A DNA stretch of 64,000 bases, from contig BPGX01000008.1 of assembly GCA_026003255.1 (NCBI GenBank), positions 5,266 to 69,265 of the forward strand, read 5' to 3'. This stretch comes from Bacteroidia bacterium (GTDB taxonomy: Bacteria > Bacteroidota > Bacteroidia > B-17B0 > Aurantibacillaceae). A program made the position numbers and the translations under genes. Numbering within the stretch: position 1 is the stretch's first letter; the number at the start of each line of letters is the position of its first letter. Under the pieces are notes generated by a model that saw only the letters and a program-made list of their open reading frames with translations, was not told where the DNA came from and did no database searches. Below, one piece after another: positions 19,880 through 30,062 of the stretch.

Positions 19880-22229
19880 CTACTCTAACCCTCTTTTGAA
19901 TAATCTTTTGAACGTTAATAGAATTGTCGGAAGCACTATCAAATCAACAGAATAAGCAACCAATAAAGTAAAAGCCGTTAAAACACCCAATGCCTTTGTT
20001 CCACCAAAATCAGAAATAATAAACATTCCAAAACCAAAAAACAATACCAATCCATTGTAAATCATACTCATACCTATTTCACGAATCGTAAGCCGAATGG
20101 CTTCTTCATAAGATTTGTGTTGCTGCTTAATCGCATTTCTGAACCGCGTTAGAAAATACAAATTACCATCCGTTGCAATTCCAAACGAAATACTGAATAC
20201 CAACAATGTGCTTGGTTTAAGCGGTATGCCAAAATACCCCATTATCCCCGCTGTAACCAATAAAGACAAACACGGAATAAGTGCTACCAAAAGCATAAAT
20301 GGATTTCGGAATAATATCAATAATAATATCGCAATAATTACGATTGCCGTAACAATACTTTCAATCAAATTTTTAACCAGAAAATCATTTCCCTTCAAAA
20401 ACATAATGCTATTGCCAGTAATACTTATTTCAATCCTTTCTTCCTTTGGTAACCACTCCTGTTTATCTTCATCATAATTAAAAATACTATCTAACCTTGG
20501 CTGAATTTCTCTCAAAAAATCTTTTATTTTGACAGACCCAATATCTTTCATTTGTGCCGTAATTCTTGCCACCTGATAAGATGTATCAATAAAATTTTTT
20601 ACTAAATTTTTACTTGTTGACGAATGACCATTAAATCCATCTGTTTTCAATACTTCTGAAATCTTTTTCAAATCCGAAATGGACGGCATACTATACTTCC
20701 CATTGTACGCTTGATTTAAAAACTTTACAGCATCAGCAATAGATAACGAACGACTTAATTCTGGATATTCTTTCAATAATCTTTGTGCCCTATGCAAGCG
20801 ATACAATATTCTGCCATTGTTAGCAAAAACACCCTTTTGTTTTTTTGTATCAATAATCACCTCAAATGGTAAAACTCCACCAATTTTTTCTTCAAAATAT
20901 CTCACATCCTGCATCATTTTATCCTTTTGAGGCACATCATCTACTACATAACCTATCGCTCTTATCTTTGTAAATCCATAAAAACCAATAATAGCAATAA
21001 TTACAACAAATATAAAAATATATCTCCGATGATGCGTTGTCCATAAGGCAATGCTATTCAAACTCTTCTTTAACCATTTCTTCTCTTGATGCATCAAGTG
21101 TTTGTCTTTTGGGGCTGGCAACCAACTGAAAATAGATGGAATCAAAATAATAGAATATAGATACACCAACATCACACTAATAGATGCAATAATTCCAAAT
21201 TCATACAATATCTGATTGTCAATCATTGATAACACAGCGAAACCAATCGCAGTAGTAACATTTGCAAAAAATAAGGAATTACCTGCACTACGAATAGAAA
21301 GTTCCAGTGCTTTTTCAACAGGATAACCTGCACGTAATTCGTGATGGTATTTATTAATAATTAAAATACAATTTGGAACACCAATAATAATCAACAATGC
21401 AGGCAATAATCCCGATAAAATAGACAATTGATACCCCATTAATACCATCAATCCCAATGCAGAAACAACACCAAATACCACGACCAATGCAGAAAATAAA
21501 ATCACCAATGGCGAACGAAAGAAAAACCAAAGCAATACACACACTACTATCAGTCCTACAATAAAAAAAATGTGTTGTTTCGGATGAAATCTTACGCATC
21601 ATCGTAGTGCGAATAAACGGCATCCCCGAAAGATGCAATTCCACACCTGTTTGCTTTTCAAAATGGCGAGCGTGTTTAACAATAGAATCTGTAATACTTA
21701 ACCGCAATTCGGAATTAAGTTCTTTCTCATTAAAAGTAATCGTCATTACGGCAATATCTTTCTTTTTATTAAAAATAATATCTTCATAAAACTTATACTC
21801 CTGAATTTCTTCAAGATATTCTGAAACGCTTGTTGAATCAATGTTTTCAGGGAATGGAATAACTTGAGTAGAAAATTTTTCCAGAGAATCATCATATTGA
21901 ATTGCCAGCAATCGGTCAATACTTACAACCGATTGAATACCCGTGATGTTCTTGATTTTGTTCCCTAATAAATGCCATTCTTCAAATACTTTTGGATTGT
22001 ATAATTTGTGAAATTCTGTCCCAATCACTAAAATTGTCCCATCCTGCTTAAAATACTTTTTAAATTTCTCATACTGAATGCTTGCTTCATCATCATCCGG
22101 CAAAAGTTTGACAAACTGAAAAGCAGGGCGAACATCTTTTGCGAAATAAGACAAAAGAATGGTAAGAACAACTATTAAACTCGTCAAAACAGCTTTATTC
22201 TTCAAAATAAATCTTGCAATGGACTTCAT
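19880..22229 (-). pseudogene. MMPL/RND-superfamily exporter (sterol-sensing-domain type), interrupted by a frameshift in a homopolymer
   Basis: ORFs 21354..22229 (N-terminal part) and 19880..21544 (C-terminal part) overlap. Removing one base from the A8 run at 21563..21570 gives the continuous TM sequence ...ETTHFFIVGLIVVCVLLWFFFRSPL. Confidence 0.8.
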
Positions 22230-22294
22230 TCCTTAATAATTGCTGCAAGTGTAATTATTTTTTACTCTTACTGCAATAATTGAAACATTTTTAA

Positions 22295-22302
22295 TACTTT
22301 TG
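22295..22302 (+). promoter_or_regulatory. Bacteroidetes -7 box TACTTTTG
   Basis: Matches TAnnTTTG, 4 bp upstream of the ATG at 22307. This implies a leaderless or very short leader, or a downstream start. Confidence 0.3.
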
Positions 22303-22306
22303 CGAT

Positions 22307-22546
22307 ATGATTGACAAAATTATTTTCTGGTTTGAACAAAATGCCTTTGGCGTCTGCGAATCTATCGGAAAACATTTAGGTATTAGTTCTGTCAAAATCA
22401 GAAAATACTTTATTTATTTATCTTTCTTTACTTTTGGTAGTCCTGTTATACTATACTTCATTCTTTATTTTTTCAAAGAAAACAAACGTTTCTTTTTTCC
22501 TCCACAAAAGGTAAAAAGAAGAATTTTAGATTTAGAATTAGATTAG
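22307..22546 (+). CDS. PspC-domain membrane protein
   Basis: 79 aa. GVCESIGKHLGISSVKIRKYFIYLSFFTFG resembles a PspC domain followed by a TM segment. Confidence 0.55.
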   Translation: MIDKIIFWFEQNAFGVCESIGKHLGISSVKIRKYFIYLSFFTFGSPVILYFILYFFKENKRFFFPPQKVKRRILDLELD

Positions 22547-22547
22547 T

Positions 22548-23579
22548 TTACTTTTTTCCTGACTGCTTTTTATTAAGTAAATAATATTTACAACAAAAAA
22601 CAACACAACCACAATCGCATTCACAAAGGTTGAAAAAGAAAATTGATTGAAAAAAAAATCTGTAAGTAATAAATCTGTATAATAAAACTATCTGAAATAA
22701 TACCCATATAATATAATACACCTTTGTATTAACATTGTATTGAATTTTCAATACTGCAGGTAAAATAATTGTAACGTGTGCAAACACCATATTCATCACA
22801 AAGCCAAGAAAAAAAGTGTGAATCTGAATATCATAAGTTAATACATTCGGAATTAAAAAACTAACTCCGTGTATAAATAACCAGTAATAACCGATCATCA
22901 ACGCCCATCCCCTAAAACGATGTGGTTCTTTTGATTGAATATTTTTTTTGGCTATATCATACTGAATCAATCCTAATGCCATTAAACTAATTACAACCCC
23001 ATAAATCTCATTCCACTTATAATAAAAAGAAACTACCATTAATACTAAAATTGAAAGTAACAATCCTTTCTTGAAATACTCAGGAACATTTATAAATCGT
23101 GCTAACTCTAAACGCTCCGCAACAATTGTGATTAAAAAAAATAATTCAAAAAATCTTACTGATGAAGACAAATCAGAACGATAAGCATAAAAAATTGCTA
23201 TACCATAACATATGCCAGATAATACAAATAAACTATGAATAATATCTCTGTGTTGCCACCAAAACATACTATACATTATCAACATCACGAATGCACCAAC
23301 AAATAACATAAATACCGCCAATTCTTCATTCCCCAATAAAAAAAACACTATACTACTACCATTCAATAATGGTAAAAAATGCGTCCACTTGTGTTTTATT
23401 GTTACAATCCTTTCCAGAGTAATTAATGTTCCAAAAAAACTACCACTCATTATCAAAAAATGATGCTGAGAAATACTCTGTAATATCTCCCAAAAATTAG
23501 ATCTACTTAAACCAAGAATTAATCCAATAATCAATGAAAAAATGGAAGAAAACAAAATTACTCGCCTCAACCACATCAT
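22548..23579 (-). CDS. polytopic membrane protein, function unknown (last gene of the Rrf2/RIC operon); C-terminus possibly frameshifted
   Basis: 343 aa with about 10 hydrophobic segments. The annotated tail is odd and Cys-rich (CECDCGCVVFCC), whereas the alternative frame after the A9 run encodes a TM-like helix. Confidence 0.5.
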   Translation of the reverse strand: MMWLRRVILFSSIFSLIIGLILGLSRSNFWEILQSISQHHFLIMSGSFFGTLITLERIVTIKHKWTHFLPLLNGSSIVFFLLGNEELAVFMLFVGAFVMLIMYSMFWWQHRDIIHSLFVLSGICYGIAIFYAYRSDLSSSVRFFELFFLITIVAERLELARFINVPEYFKKGLLLSILVLMVVSFYYKWNEIYGVVISLMALGLIQYDIAKKNIQSKEPHRFRGWALMIGYYWLFIHGVSFLIPNVLTYDIQIHTFFLGFVMNMVFAHVTIILPAVLKIQYNVNTKVYYIIWVLFQIVLLYRFITYRFFFQSIFFFNLCECDCGCVVFCCKYYLLNKKQSGKK

Positions 23580-23591
23580 TTATTTCTGTTT

Positions 23592-23984
23592 TTAACCATT
23601 TGCTAAATCCCTTATCTTTTTCATCCTTAACATCTTCTTAAACTCTTCACGAAATGCTTTGTAATAATTATGCAAGGGACAGGGCGATTTTTCAGAACAT
23701 TTATCAAAACCCATCCCACAAGCATAAAACTTATCTACATCTTCAAAATGACTAATCACCTCAAACAAACTAATATCCGATTGTTTCTCATTCAAATAAA
23801 ATCCTCCATTTTTCCCTTTTTTAGAAGATACTATTTTTTTTCTTGCTAACTCCTGCATCAATGTTGCTAAAAAATGAGATGGAATACGCTCTTCTTCTGC
23901 AATAGTTTTTATATCCATTTGCTCATTTTTGCGCACAAGACACGCTAACGCTCTTAATACATATTGAGATTGTTTTGATAACAT
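23592..23984 (-). CDS. Rrf2-family transcriptional regulator (NsrR/IscR-like, Cys-containing)
   Basis: 130 aa. It has an N-terminal wHTH (SQYVLRALACLV) and C-terminal cysteines CGMGFDKCSEKSPCPLH, consistent with Fe-S ligation. Confidence 0.8.
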   Translation of the reverse strand: MLSKQSQYVLRALACLVRKNEQMDIKTIAEEERIPSHFLATLMQELARKKIVSSKKGKNGGFYLNEKQSDISLFEVISHFEDVDKFYACGMGFDKCSEKSPCPLHNYYKAFREEFKKMLRMKKIRDLANG

Positions 23985-23988
23985 ACTC

Positions 23989-24456
23989 CTATTTCGTTAT
24001 ATATAAACCTATAAAGGCAATAATTAATGACAACAATAACGTGATTCTTCCAGTAATGCTTGCAATTTTGCGAATTCTCTCGTATTCTTCATTATTTAAA
24101 TATTCTTTCATTCTCAAACCAACTTTTATTTCATGATAAAAATTAATAGCAAGCATTATTAAAAATAAAGTGACTTTTAGCAATAACAACTCTCCATACC
24201 TTGATTGAAAAATTTCTATTTGAAACGAATGAAACTTAAAATAAAAATTTCCAATTCCTGTTAATACAAATATCAACATCAACCACTTTCCAACTTTAGA
24301 AAAAACGATTCCAGTTTCTATGACTATACTTCTCTTGATAGGATTATCACATTCAATTTTTTTTAAAGCAGGAATCAGGACAAGGGGCAAAAATAATTGC
24401 CCCCCAATCCAGATAATAGCAGTTATTACATGTATATAAAGCGAAAACAAATACAT
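23989..24456 (-). CDS. small 4-TM membrane protein, CopD-like
   Basis: 155 aa. HVITAIIWIGGQLFL resembles the CopD/DUF2214-type first helix. Confidence 0.4.
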   Translation of the reverse strand: MYLFSLYIHVITAIIWIGGQLFLPLVLIPALKKIECDNPIKRSIVIETGIVFSKVGKWLMLIFVLTGIGNFYFKFHSFQIEIFQSRYGELLLLKVTLFLIMLAINFYHEIKVGLRMKEYLNNEEYERIRKIASITGRITLLLSLIIAFIGLYITK

Positions 24457-24464
24457 AACTACAC

Positions 24465-25385
24465 CTACGCCATCAATTTATTTTCTAACTCAATGGCTCT
24501 TGGAAACAAGATATTGTTTTCAAGGTGAATATGTGTCATTAAATCTTCATCAAATTCTTTTAATAAGCGATACAATGCATTGTATGAATTACAGGCATCT
24601 TCAGGAGCAGTATAATTTGATGATAAAGCACGAATTTCTTTAATCAAGTTTCCAGCAATATCATGTTCATGCTCCATCATTCTTATAGGATTTCTAACAC
24701 TTCCAAATCCTGCTTCATTTTTTTCTCCCTTACTCATTTCATCAATATACGGGAATAAGATGTTTTCTTCTTTCATCAAATGTAAATCTAATTCATGAAC
24801 AAGTTCATTGAAATTTTTATAAATGCTTGATAATTCAGGATGTCTGCCCCCATGTCTTTCTGCAACCTTTAATGCAAGACCCATCAATGCCTCCTTATTC
24901 TCTTTAATATATCTGTGATGCTTATTAATAATATAAGCCGTCAATTCGTGTAAAGGCATAGAATTAAAATCTAAATCTTCCTTTTCTTTATCAATTTGAC
25001 TTAACTCCTGTTCCACTTGTTTATAATCTACCCCTGCTTCCACACATGCTTCCTGTATGGTTTTCTTCCCTCCACAACAAAAATCAATACCATATTTCAT
25101 AAATACTTTCACCTTTCTCATATCTTTCGCTGCTATTTCCCCAATGGTTTCAGCATGCTTTGTAATTTTTACTCTCCATTCAACGGGTCCTTCTTCTAAA
25201 TATTCCCATTCAAATATATTTCCTCTTTCCGCAAGCATTTGATAATACAATGGTTTAGGATCATGATCATTTAATATAATCATGGACTCTCCATTTTTTA
25301 AACTATCAAATTTGGAGAAAATTGTTGGATGCTTCTCTCTTGGCGGAAGCAATCTTACATCCAATTCTAAAACTGTTGTTTCCAT
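24465..25385 (-). CDS. iron-sulfur cluster repair di-iron protein (RIC/ScdA/YtfE family) with N-terminal DUF2249-like domain
   Basis: 306 aa. It has an N-terminal DUF2249-like domain (LPPREKHPTIF...ILNDHDPKPLYYQ), an ScdA_N motif (IDFCCGGKKT) and hemerythrin-type H/E motifs (MEHEHD, HIHLENNILFP). Confidence 0.7.
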   Translation of the reverse strand: METTVLELDVRLLPPREKHPTIFSKFDSLKNGESMIILNDHDPKPLYYQMLAERGNIFEWEYLEEGPVEWRVKITKHAETIGEIAAKDMRKVKVFMKYGIDFCCGGKKTIQEACVEAGVDYKQVEQELSQIDKEKEDLDFNSMPLHELTAYIINKHHRYIKENKEALMGLALKVAERHGGRHPELSSIYKNFNELVHELDLHLMKEENILFPYIDEMSKGEKNEAGFGSVRNPIRMMEHEHDIAGNLIKEIRALSSNYTAPEDACNSYNALYRLLKEFDEDLMTHIHLENNILFPRAIELENKLMA

Positions 25386-25402
25386 AAAAATTAATTTTTG
25401 GG

Positions 25403-25410
25403 CAAATATA
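25403..25410 (-). promoter_or_regulatory. Bacteroidetes -7 box (TATATTTG on the minus strand)
   Basis: Matches TAnnTTTG, 17 bp upstream of the RIC start codon. Confidence 0.4.
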
Positions 25411-25421
25411 AATAATATAAT

Positions 25422-25437
25422 AATATATTAATATATT
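25422..25437. promoter_or_regulatory. perfect 16-bp palindrome AATATATTAATATATT, candidate operator for the Rrf2 regulator
   Basis: It is self-complementary and lies 12 bp upstream of the -7 box, so it overlaps the expected -33 region. Confidence 0.3.
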
Positions 25438-25536
25438 TTTTTATTTTTTTAGATACAAAACATTGATTTTCAACAAAATATTTTTTATTTTTAAGAGAAT
25501 AAATAATTCCTTAAATTCGTAGGCAAAAATAGTTTT

Positions 25537-28104
25537 ATGAAAAAATTTTATTGGTTTTATAGTATAACATTACTATTGTTTTTTATAAATCACTTTCAAT
25601 CACAAGTCCTTTCTGGATTATCCTACAAAGAATACTTTACTGAAGGTAATCACCTCATGCTTGAAAACAACTATTCCTTAGCGCTACAAAACTACCTTCA
25701 CGCTTACGAATTAGAACCATACAACGCCAACATTAATTATTTATTAGGGAAAGCATATCTTTTTTCTGCTACTGAAAAAAATAAAGCTGAAGAACATTTA
25801 GCAAAAGCCATTAATAAAATCAAGAAAAATTATATTCCCGATGATCCATCTGAAAAATCTGCACCAGTATTGGCTTTGTATTACTACGCACAAGCCCTAC
25901 ACATTAACTACAAGTTTGATGAAGCTATACAATACTACGACCGTTTCCTACAATCACTCGGCAAAGCCGCCAAATCATGGGAAAAAGAAGTTACCTTCAA
26001 AAAAAATCAATCCATTTATGCTAAAACATTAGTATCAAATCCTATCAACATTAAAATCACCAACTTAGGAGATAGCATTAATAGTGAATACCCTGAATAT
26101 GGCGCTGTTTTAACTGCAGATGAACAAATGCTTATTTACACCACTCGCAGACCAGGTGGTGTTTGTGGAGATAGAACTGCCGATGGTGGCTTTTATGAAG
26201 ACATCGTTGTGTCCTTCAAACTGGATGATAAAACATGGTCAAAACCTAAACCTTTGAGCGAATACGTCAATACCTGTGGACATGAAGCATCCATTAACCT
26301 AAGCCCTGACGGACAAATTCTCATTTTGTATAAAGACGATGAAGGCGGAAACATCTACTACTCTCAATGGGATGGGAAAAACTGGTCTTCTCCTCAATCA
26401 TTCGGTTCTGATGTAAATACTCCTCATTGGGAAACACACGCGTGTCTGTCCCCAGATGGAAATACATTATATTTCGTTTCTGACCGTCCGGGCGGAGTCG
26501 GTGGCAGAGATATTTATCGTGTTGTTAAACTTCCAAATGGTAAATGGAGTAAAGCCGTTAATCTGGGCTATCCTATTAATACCCCTTACGACGAAGACGG
26601 CGTATTCATGCATCCAGATGGCAAAACCTTGTTTTTTTCTTCAAATGGACATACCAGCATGGGTGGATTTGACATTTTCTTTTCTGTTCGCGATGAAGAA
26701 GGAAAATTTTCAGAACCCATCAATCTTGGATATCCTATCAATACACCAGATGATGACCTGTTTTATGTAACATCTCCCGATGGCAAACGTGCTTACTACT
26801 CTTCCGTTCAGGAAGGTGGATTGGGAGATAAAGACATTTACATGATTTCAATTCCTGAAAGTGCCGAAAAACCTGTTGTTATCTATAAAGGTAAAATCGT
26901 AGCAGCTTTTGGAGAAGCATTACCAGATGATATTACCATCGTACTAACTGACAAAGAATCAGGTGAAACTGTCGGTATGTATAGACCTCAAAAAAATGGA
27001 AGTTTTGTTTTCACTTTAAGACCTGGAGCAAACTACAAAGTATCCTACCAATCCAATGGAGAAGAATTTTTTAGTGATGAAATCTATGCCGACAAATCCG
27101 AATCCTATCAGGAAATTCAAAAGGAATTACAATTAGAACCTGTGAAAGTTCTTGGAAAAATCACCGTCAAAGAAAAAGGCATCATCTTAAACATCTCATG
27201 CTTTAATGATTTTAAAGAGAAGAAACCACTTTCGAATGCCATTGTTTACGTTATAGAAGAAAGAAAAAATAAAAATTATGGGGTATATAAAACAGATGAC
27301 AATGGTAACATTAACAACATCTTATTATCAGCAGGAAAAACCTACACATTAGTTTTTGAACACAACCATAAAGTCATTGAAGAACGAGCCATTCAGACAC
27401 CGCAAACTCAATTAGGCGAAGCACTCACAGAAATTTTCTTCTTAAACAAAGAAGGTGCTACAGCAGGCAAAAAATATCTTTCAGTAAAAATCATAAATTC
27501 CAAAAATAAAAAGCCCATTCCAGATGCCTCTGTTGTAATCAAATCAGATAATGGCAATCAAATTGAACAAGTAACAGATAATAAAGGAAATATAGATAAA
27601 ATTGAACTTTTAGCCGGGTTAAATTATACCATCCTGCCCTACAAAAGCGGATATTATGGTGAACCACTCATTATTAACACTTCAGATCTACCAGAAGGTC
27701 TTACAATTAAAACGCTTTCTATCAAATTGGAAGGAAAATCAAAAGAAGATATAACCAGATATGAAGTTTACTTCAAATACAAAGAATATGCTATTGATAC
27801 CAACGATGTTAAATGGAAAAACTTTATTAATAACATCATAACAAAATCACAACAAGGAAAAGTAACAATATACATTACTGCCAGCGCATCCAAAGTACCT
27901 GCATCAATGACAAATATCGTCCTTTCTAAAATGAGAGGAGAATTTTTAAGAGATCAGATAGTGAAATATCTTATTACTCACGGAGGTAATAAAGACAATA
28001 TTCACTTCAAAATAAATGCAATTGTTTCCGGACCTGAATATTCTAAAAAAACACCTGCAAAAGTTTATGAAAAATATCAATATGTAAAAGCAATCACAGA
28101 ATAA
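25537..28104 (+). CDS. large secreted TPR + PD40 (TolB-like beta-propeller repeat) protein with Ig/CarboxypepD_reg-like repeats and a degenerate OmpA-like C-terminus
   Basis: 855 aa with a signal peptide, a TPR-like N-terminus and repeated PD40 motifs (SPDG..LYF.S.R.GG.G..DIY). Confidence 0.6.
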   Translation: MKKFYWFYSITLLLFFINHFQSQVLSGLSYKEYFTEGNHLMLENNYSLALQNYLHAYELEPYNANINYLLGKAYLFSATEKNKAEEHLAKAINKIKKNYIPDDPSEKSAPVLALYYYAQALHINYKFDEAIQYYDRFLQSLGKAAKSWEKEVTFKKNQSIYAKTLVSNPINIKITNLGDSINSEYPEYGAVLTADEQMLIYTTRRPGGVCGDRTADGGFYEDIVVSFKLDDKTWSKPKPLSEYVNTCGHEASINLSPDGQILILYKDDEGGNIYYSQWDGKNWSSPQSFGSDVNTPHWETHACLSPDGNTLYFVSDRPGGVGGRDIYRVVKLPNGKWSKAVNLGYPINTPYDEDGVFMHPDGKTLFFSSNGHTSMGGFDIFFSVRDEEGKFSEPINLGYPINTPDDDLFYVTSPDGKRAYYSSVQEGGLGDKDIYMISIPESAEKPVVIYKGKIVAAFGEALPDDITIVLTDKESGETVGMYRPQKNGSFVFTLRPGANYKVSYQSNGEEFFSDEIYADKSESYQEIQKELQLEPVKVLGKITVKEKGIILNISCFNDFKEKKPLSNAIVYVIEERKNKNYGVYKTDDNGNINNILLSAGKTYTLVFEHNHKVIEERAIQTPQTQLGEALTEIFFLNKEGATAGKKYLSVKIINSKNKKPIPDASVVIKSDNGNQIEQVTDNKGNIDKIELLAGLNYTILPYKSGYYGEPLIINTSDLPEGLTIKTLSIKLEGKSKEDITRYEVYFKYKEYAIDTNDVKWKNFINNIITKSQQGKVTIYITASASKVPASMTNIVLSKMRGEFLRDQIVKYLITHGGNKDNIHFKINAIVSGPEYSKKTPAKVYEKYQYVKAITE

Positions 28105-28116
28105 AACTCTCTTAAG

Positions 28117-28890
28117 TTATAAAACCAATCTCAATCCATCATAAGCAACAAAAACATTATCAGGCAACTCTCTTGAAACTTCTTCATGTTTCCCTAATTG
28201 ATGTGAAATATGTGTAAGATATGCTCGGCGAGGATTTACTTCCTGAATTAATTGTAATGCTTCGTTTAAAGTAAAATGTGAAACATGCTTTTCTCTCCTT
28301 AATGCATTAACTATCAAAACCTCTAAATTTTTTATTTTATTTTTTTCAACATCACTGATGTAATTGGCATCTGTAATATAAGCAACTTTCTTATTAAAAA
28401 CATAGCCCAGAACAGGCATCCTATAATGTAACAACTCAACTGGTTGAATATAAATACTATTTATGTAAAAAGGCATTGTATCAATAATATGCACGTCTAT
28501 TTCCGGTATACCCGGATATTTCTCATCACTAAACACATAATAAAATTCTCTCTCTAATGCCCTCAAAACCCTATCAGAAACATATACCGGCATCTTCTTC
28601 TTTAAAATGAAATTGAAGGCCCGCACATCATCCATCCCAGCAATGTGATCCTTATGCTCATGTGTATACAAAATGGCATCAATCCTCTTTATTTTTTCTC
28701 TCAACATTTGCTGCCTAAAATCAGGTCCTGTATCCACTACAATTGTCGTTTCCTCATCCCTAACAAGAATAGAACTTCTCAATCGCTTATCTCTTTCATC
28801 ATCAGAAATGCAAACAGCACACTCACAACCAATCAATGGAACTCCTTGTGATGTCCCTGTACCTAAAAAAATTACCTCTAACATTGTCAA
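28117..28890 (-). CDS. MBL-fold metallo-hydrolase (PhnP-like)
   Basis: 257 aa. It has an N-terminal Cys cluster (GCECAVC) and the HEHKDH metal-binding motif. Confidence 0.75.
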   Translation of the reverse strand: MTMLEVIFLGTGTSQGVPLIGCECAVCISDDERDKRLRSSILVRDEETTIVVDTGPDFRQQMLREKIKRIDAILYTHEHKDHIAGMDDVRAFNFILKKKMPVYVSDRVLRALEREFYYVFSDEKYPGIPEIDVHIIDTMPFYINSIYIQPVELLHYRMPVLGYVFNKKVAYITDANYISDVEKNKIKNLEVLIVNALRREKHVSHFTLNEALQLIQEVNPRRAYLTHISHQLGKHEEVSRELPDNVFVAYDGLRLVL

Positions 28891-28937
28891 ATGTTTAATG
28901 TAAAAAAAATTAAATTAATAAACTCATATCATTGTGA

Positions 28938-29915
28938 TTATCTTTGCTTCAAAACTCGCTCTCGTTTTCTATTACGAATATATTCTTCAATGGCTCTTTT
29001 GCTCGTATACCATTCTTTACCCTCTTTGTAGGCATCTATTTTTCCTCGTCTTGCAAGCAAACTAATATATTCTGCATTATAAGGCACTTCCGGCTCACTC
29101 ACAATCTCTGAAATAGGTTCATAAGTATCGTACCCCGGAGTAGAATTCAAATAAATATCAAGCGAACGCTCCACTGCTTGTAATATCAACTGAAAAAATT
29201 TTTTGTAATCCCCATTATTAGCCATATCTAATGCGCTGTAATACTTCTTTCTGTCTTGCTTTAATATGATGGCAGGCGGATAGCCCGCACTCATCAAAAT
29301 CAAATTCATTATCAATCTTGCCACACGTCCATTCCCATCAAAAAAAGGATGAATCCATACAAACCGATGATGAAACAAAGCCGCCAAATAAATTACAGGC
29401 AAATTATCAGGATTGTTACTAATATAGTCAATCATCTCATCCATGTAAGCATCCACCTTTGTCGCTGATGGCGGAATAAAATTTGCCCCATTAATTCTTA
29501 CACCCGCATTACGATAACGACCCGCAATAAATTCATCAATCTTCTTCATTACAATAAAATGTACATCCAGAATATCTTTTGCGTTTAACTTATAATCTGG
29601 CTTTACTAATTGTTCAACAAAATTTATGGCATCTTGATGACCTATCACTTCCAAATGTTCTTTCAAGGTTTTTCCTCCAATTGTAATACCCTCTTCTAAA
29701 ACTAATCTCGTTTCATTCAAACTTAATGTATTCCCTTCAATAGCATTAGAATGATGGTTCCACTCTAAATATAACCCTTCTCTAACTCTATTTAGTACCG
29801 CTGGAGATAAAGGTCTTTTACTATCCAACAAATCTTTTTTGTTTTGCACTCTATTGAGCAATTCTTCAAGTTCCTGAAAGGTTTCTGAATTTATGTAATA
29901 CCACTTATTCAACAT
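28938..29915 (-). CDS. Fic-family (Fido) protein, class II with N-terminal inhibitory motif and C-terminal wHTH-like extension
   Basis: It has the active-site motif HPFFDGNGRVARLIMN and the upstream SNAIEG motif, which matches (S/T)xxxE(G/N). I prefer the internal start MLNKWYY (ATG at 29915) because a -7 box lies at 29928..29935. Confidence 0.8.
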   Translation of the reverse strand: MLNKWYYINSETFQELEELLNRVQNKKDLLDSKRPLSPAVLNRVREGLYLEWNHHSNAIEGNTLSLNETRLVLEEGITIGGKTLKEHLEVIGHQDAINFVEQLVKPDYKLNAKDILDVHFIVMKKIDEFIAGRYRNAGVRINGANFIPPSATKVDAYMDEMIDYISNNPDNLPVIYLAALFHHRFVWIHPFFDGNGRVARLIMNLILMSAGYPPAIILKQDRKKYYSALDMANNGDYKKFFQLILQAVERSLDIYLNSTPGYDTYEPISEIVSEPEVPYNAEYISLLARRGKIDAYKEGKEWYTSKRAIEEYIRNRKRERVLKQR

Positions 29916-29927
29916 ATTTTTTTGCCA

Positions 29928-29935
29928 CAAATTTA
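29928..29935 (-). promoter_or_regulatory. Bacteroidetes -7 box (TAAATTTG on the minus strand)
   Basis: Matches TAnnTTTG, 12 bp upstream of the internal Fic start. Confidence 0.35.
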
Positions 29936-29998
29936 CAAATAATATCGTTTGCAATAAATTTTTTATTTCCCGATATTATTTTTTTTAACAAAAATTAA

Positions 29999-30021
29999 GA
30001 AGCCCTGATAAACAGGGCTTC
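29999..30021 (-). terminator. rho-independent terminator downstream of the peroxiredoxin gene
   Basis: The stem is GAAGCCCTG / CAGGGCTTC with a 5-nt loop. On the minus strand it is followed by TTAATTTTTGTT. Confidence 0.65.
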
Positions 30022-30062
30022 AATTTCATCTATTGCATTTTATTCTTACAAAAAAAATCAAA

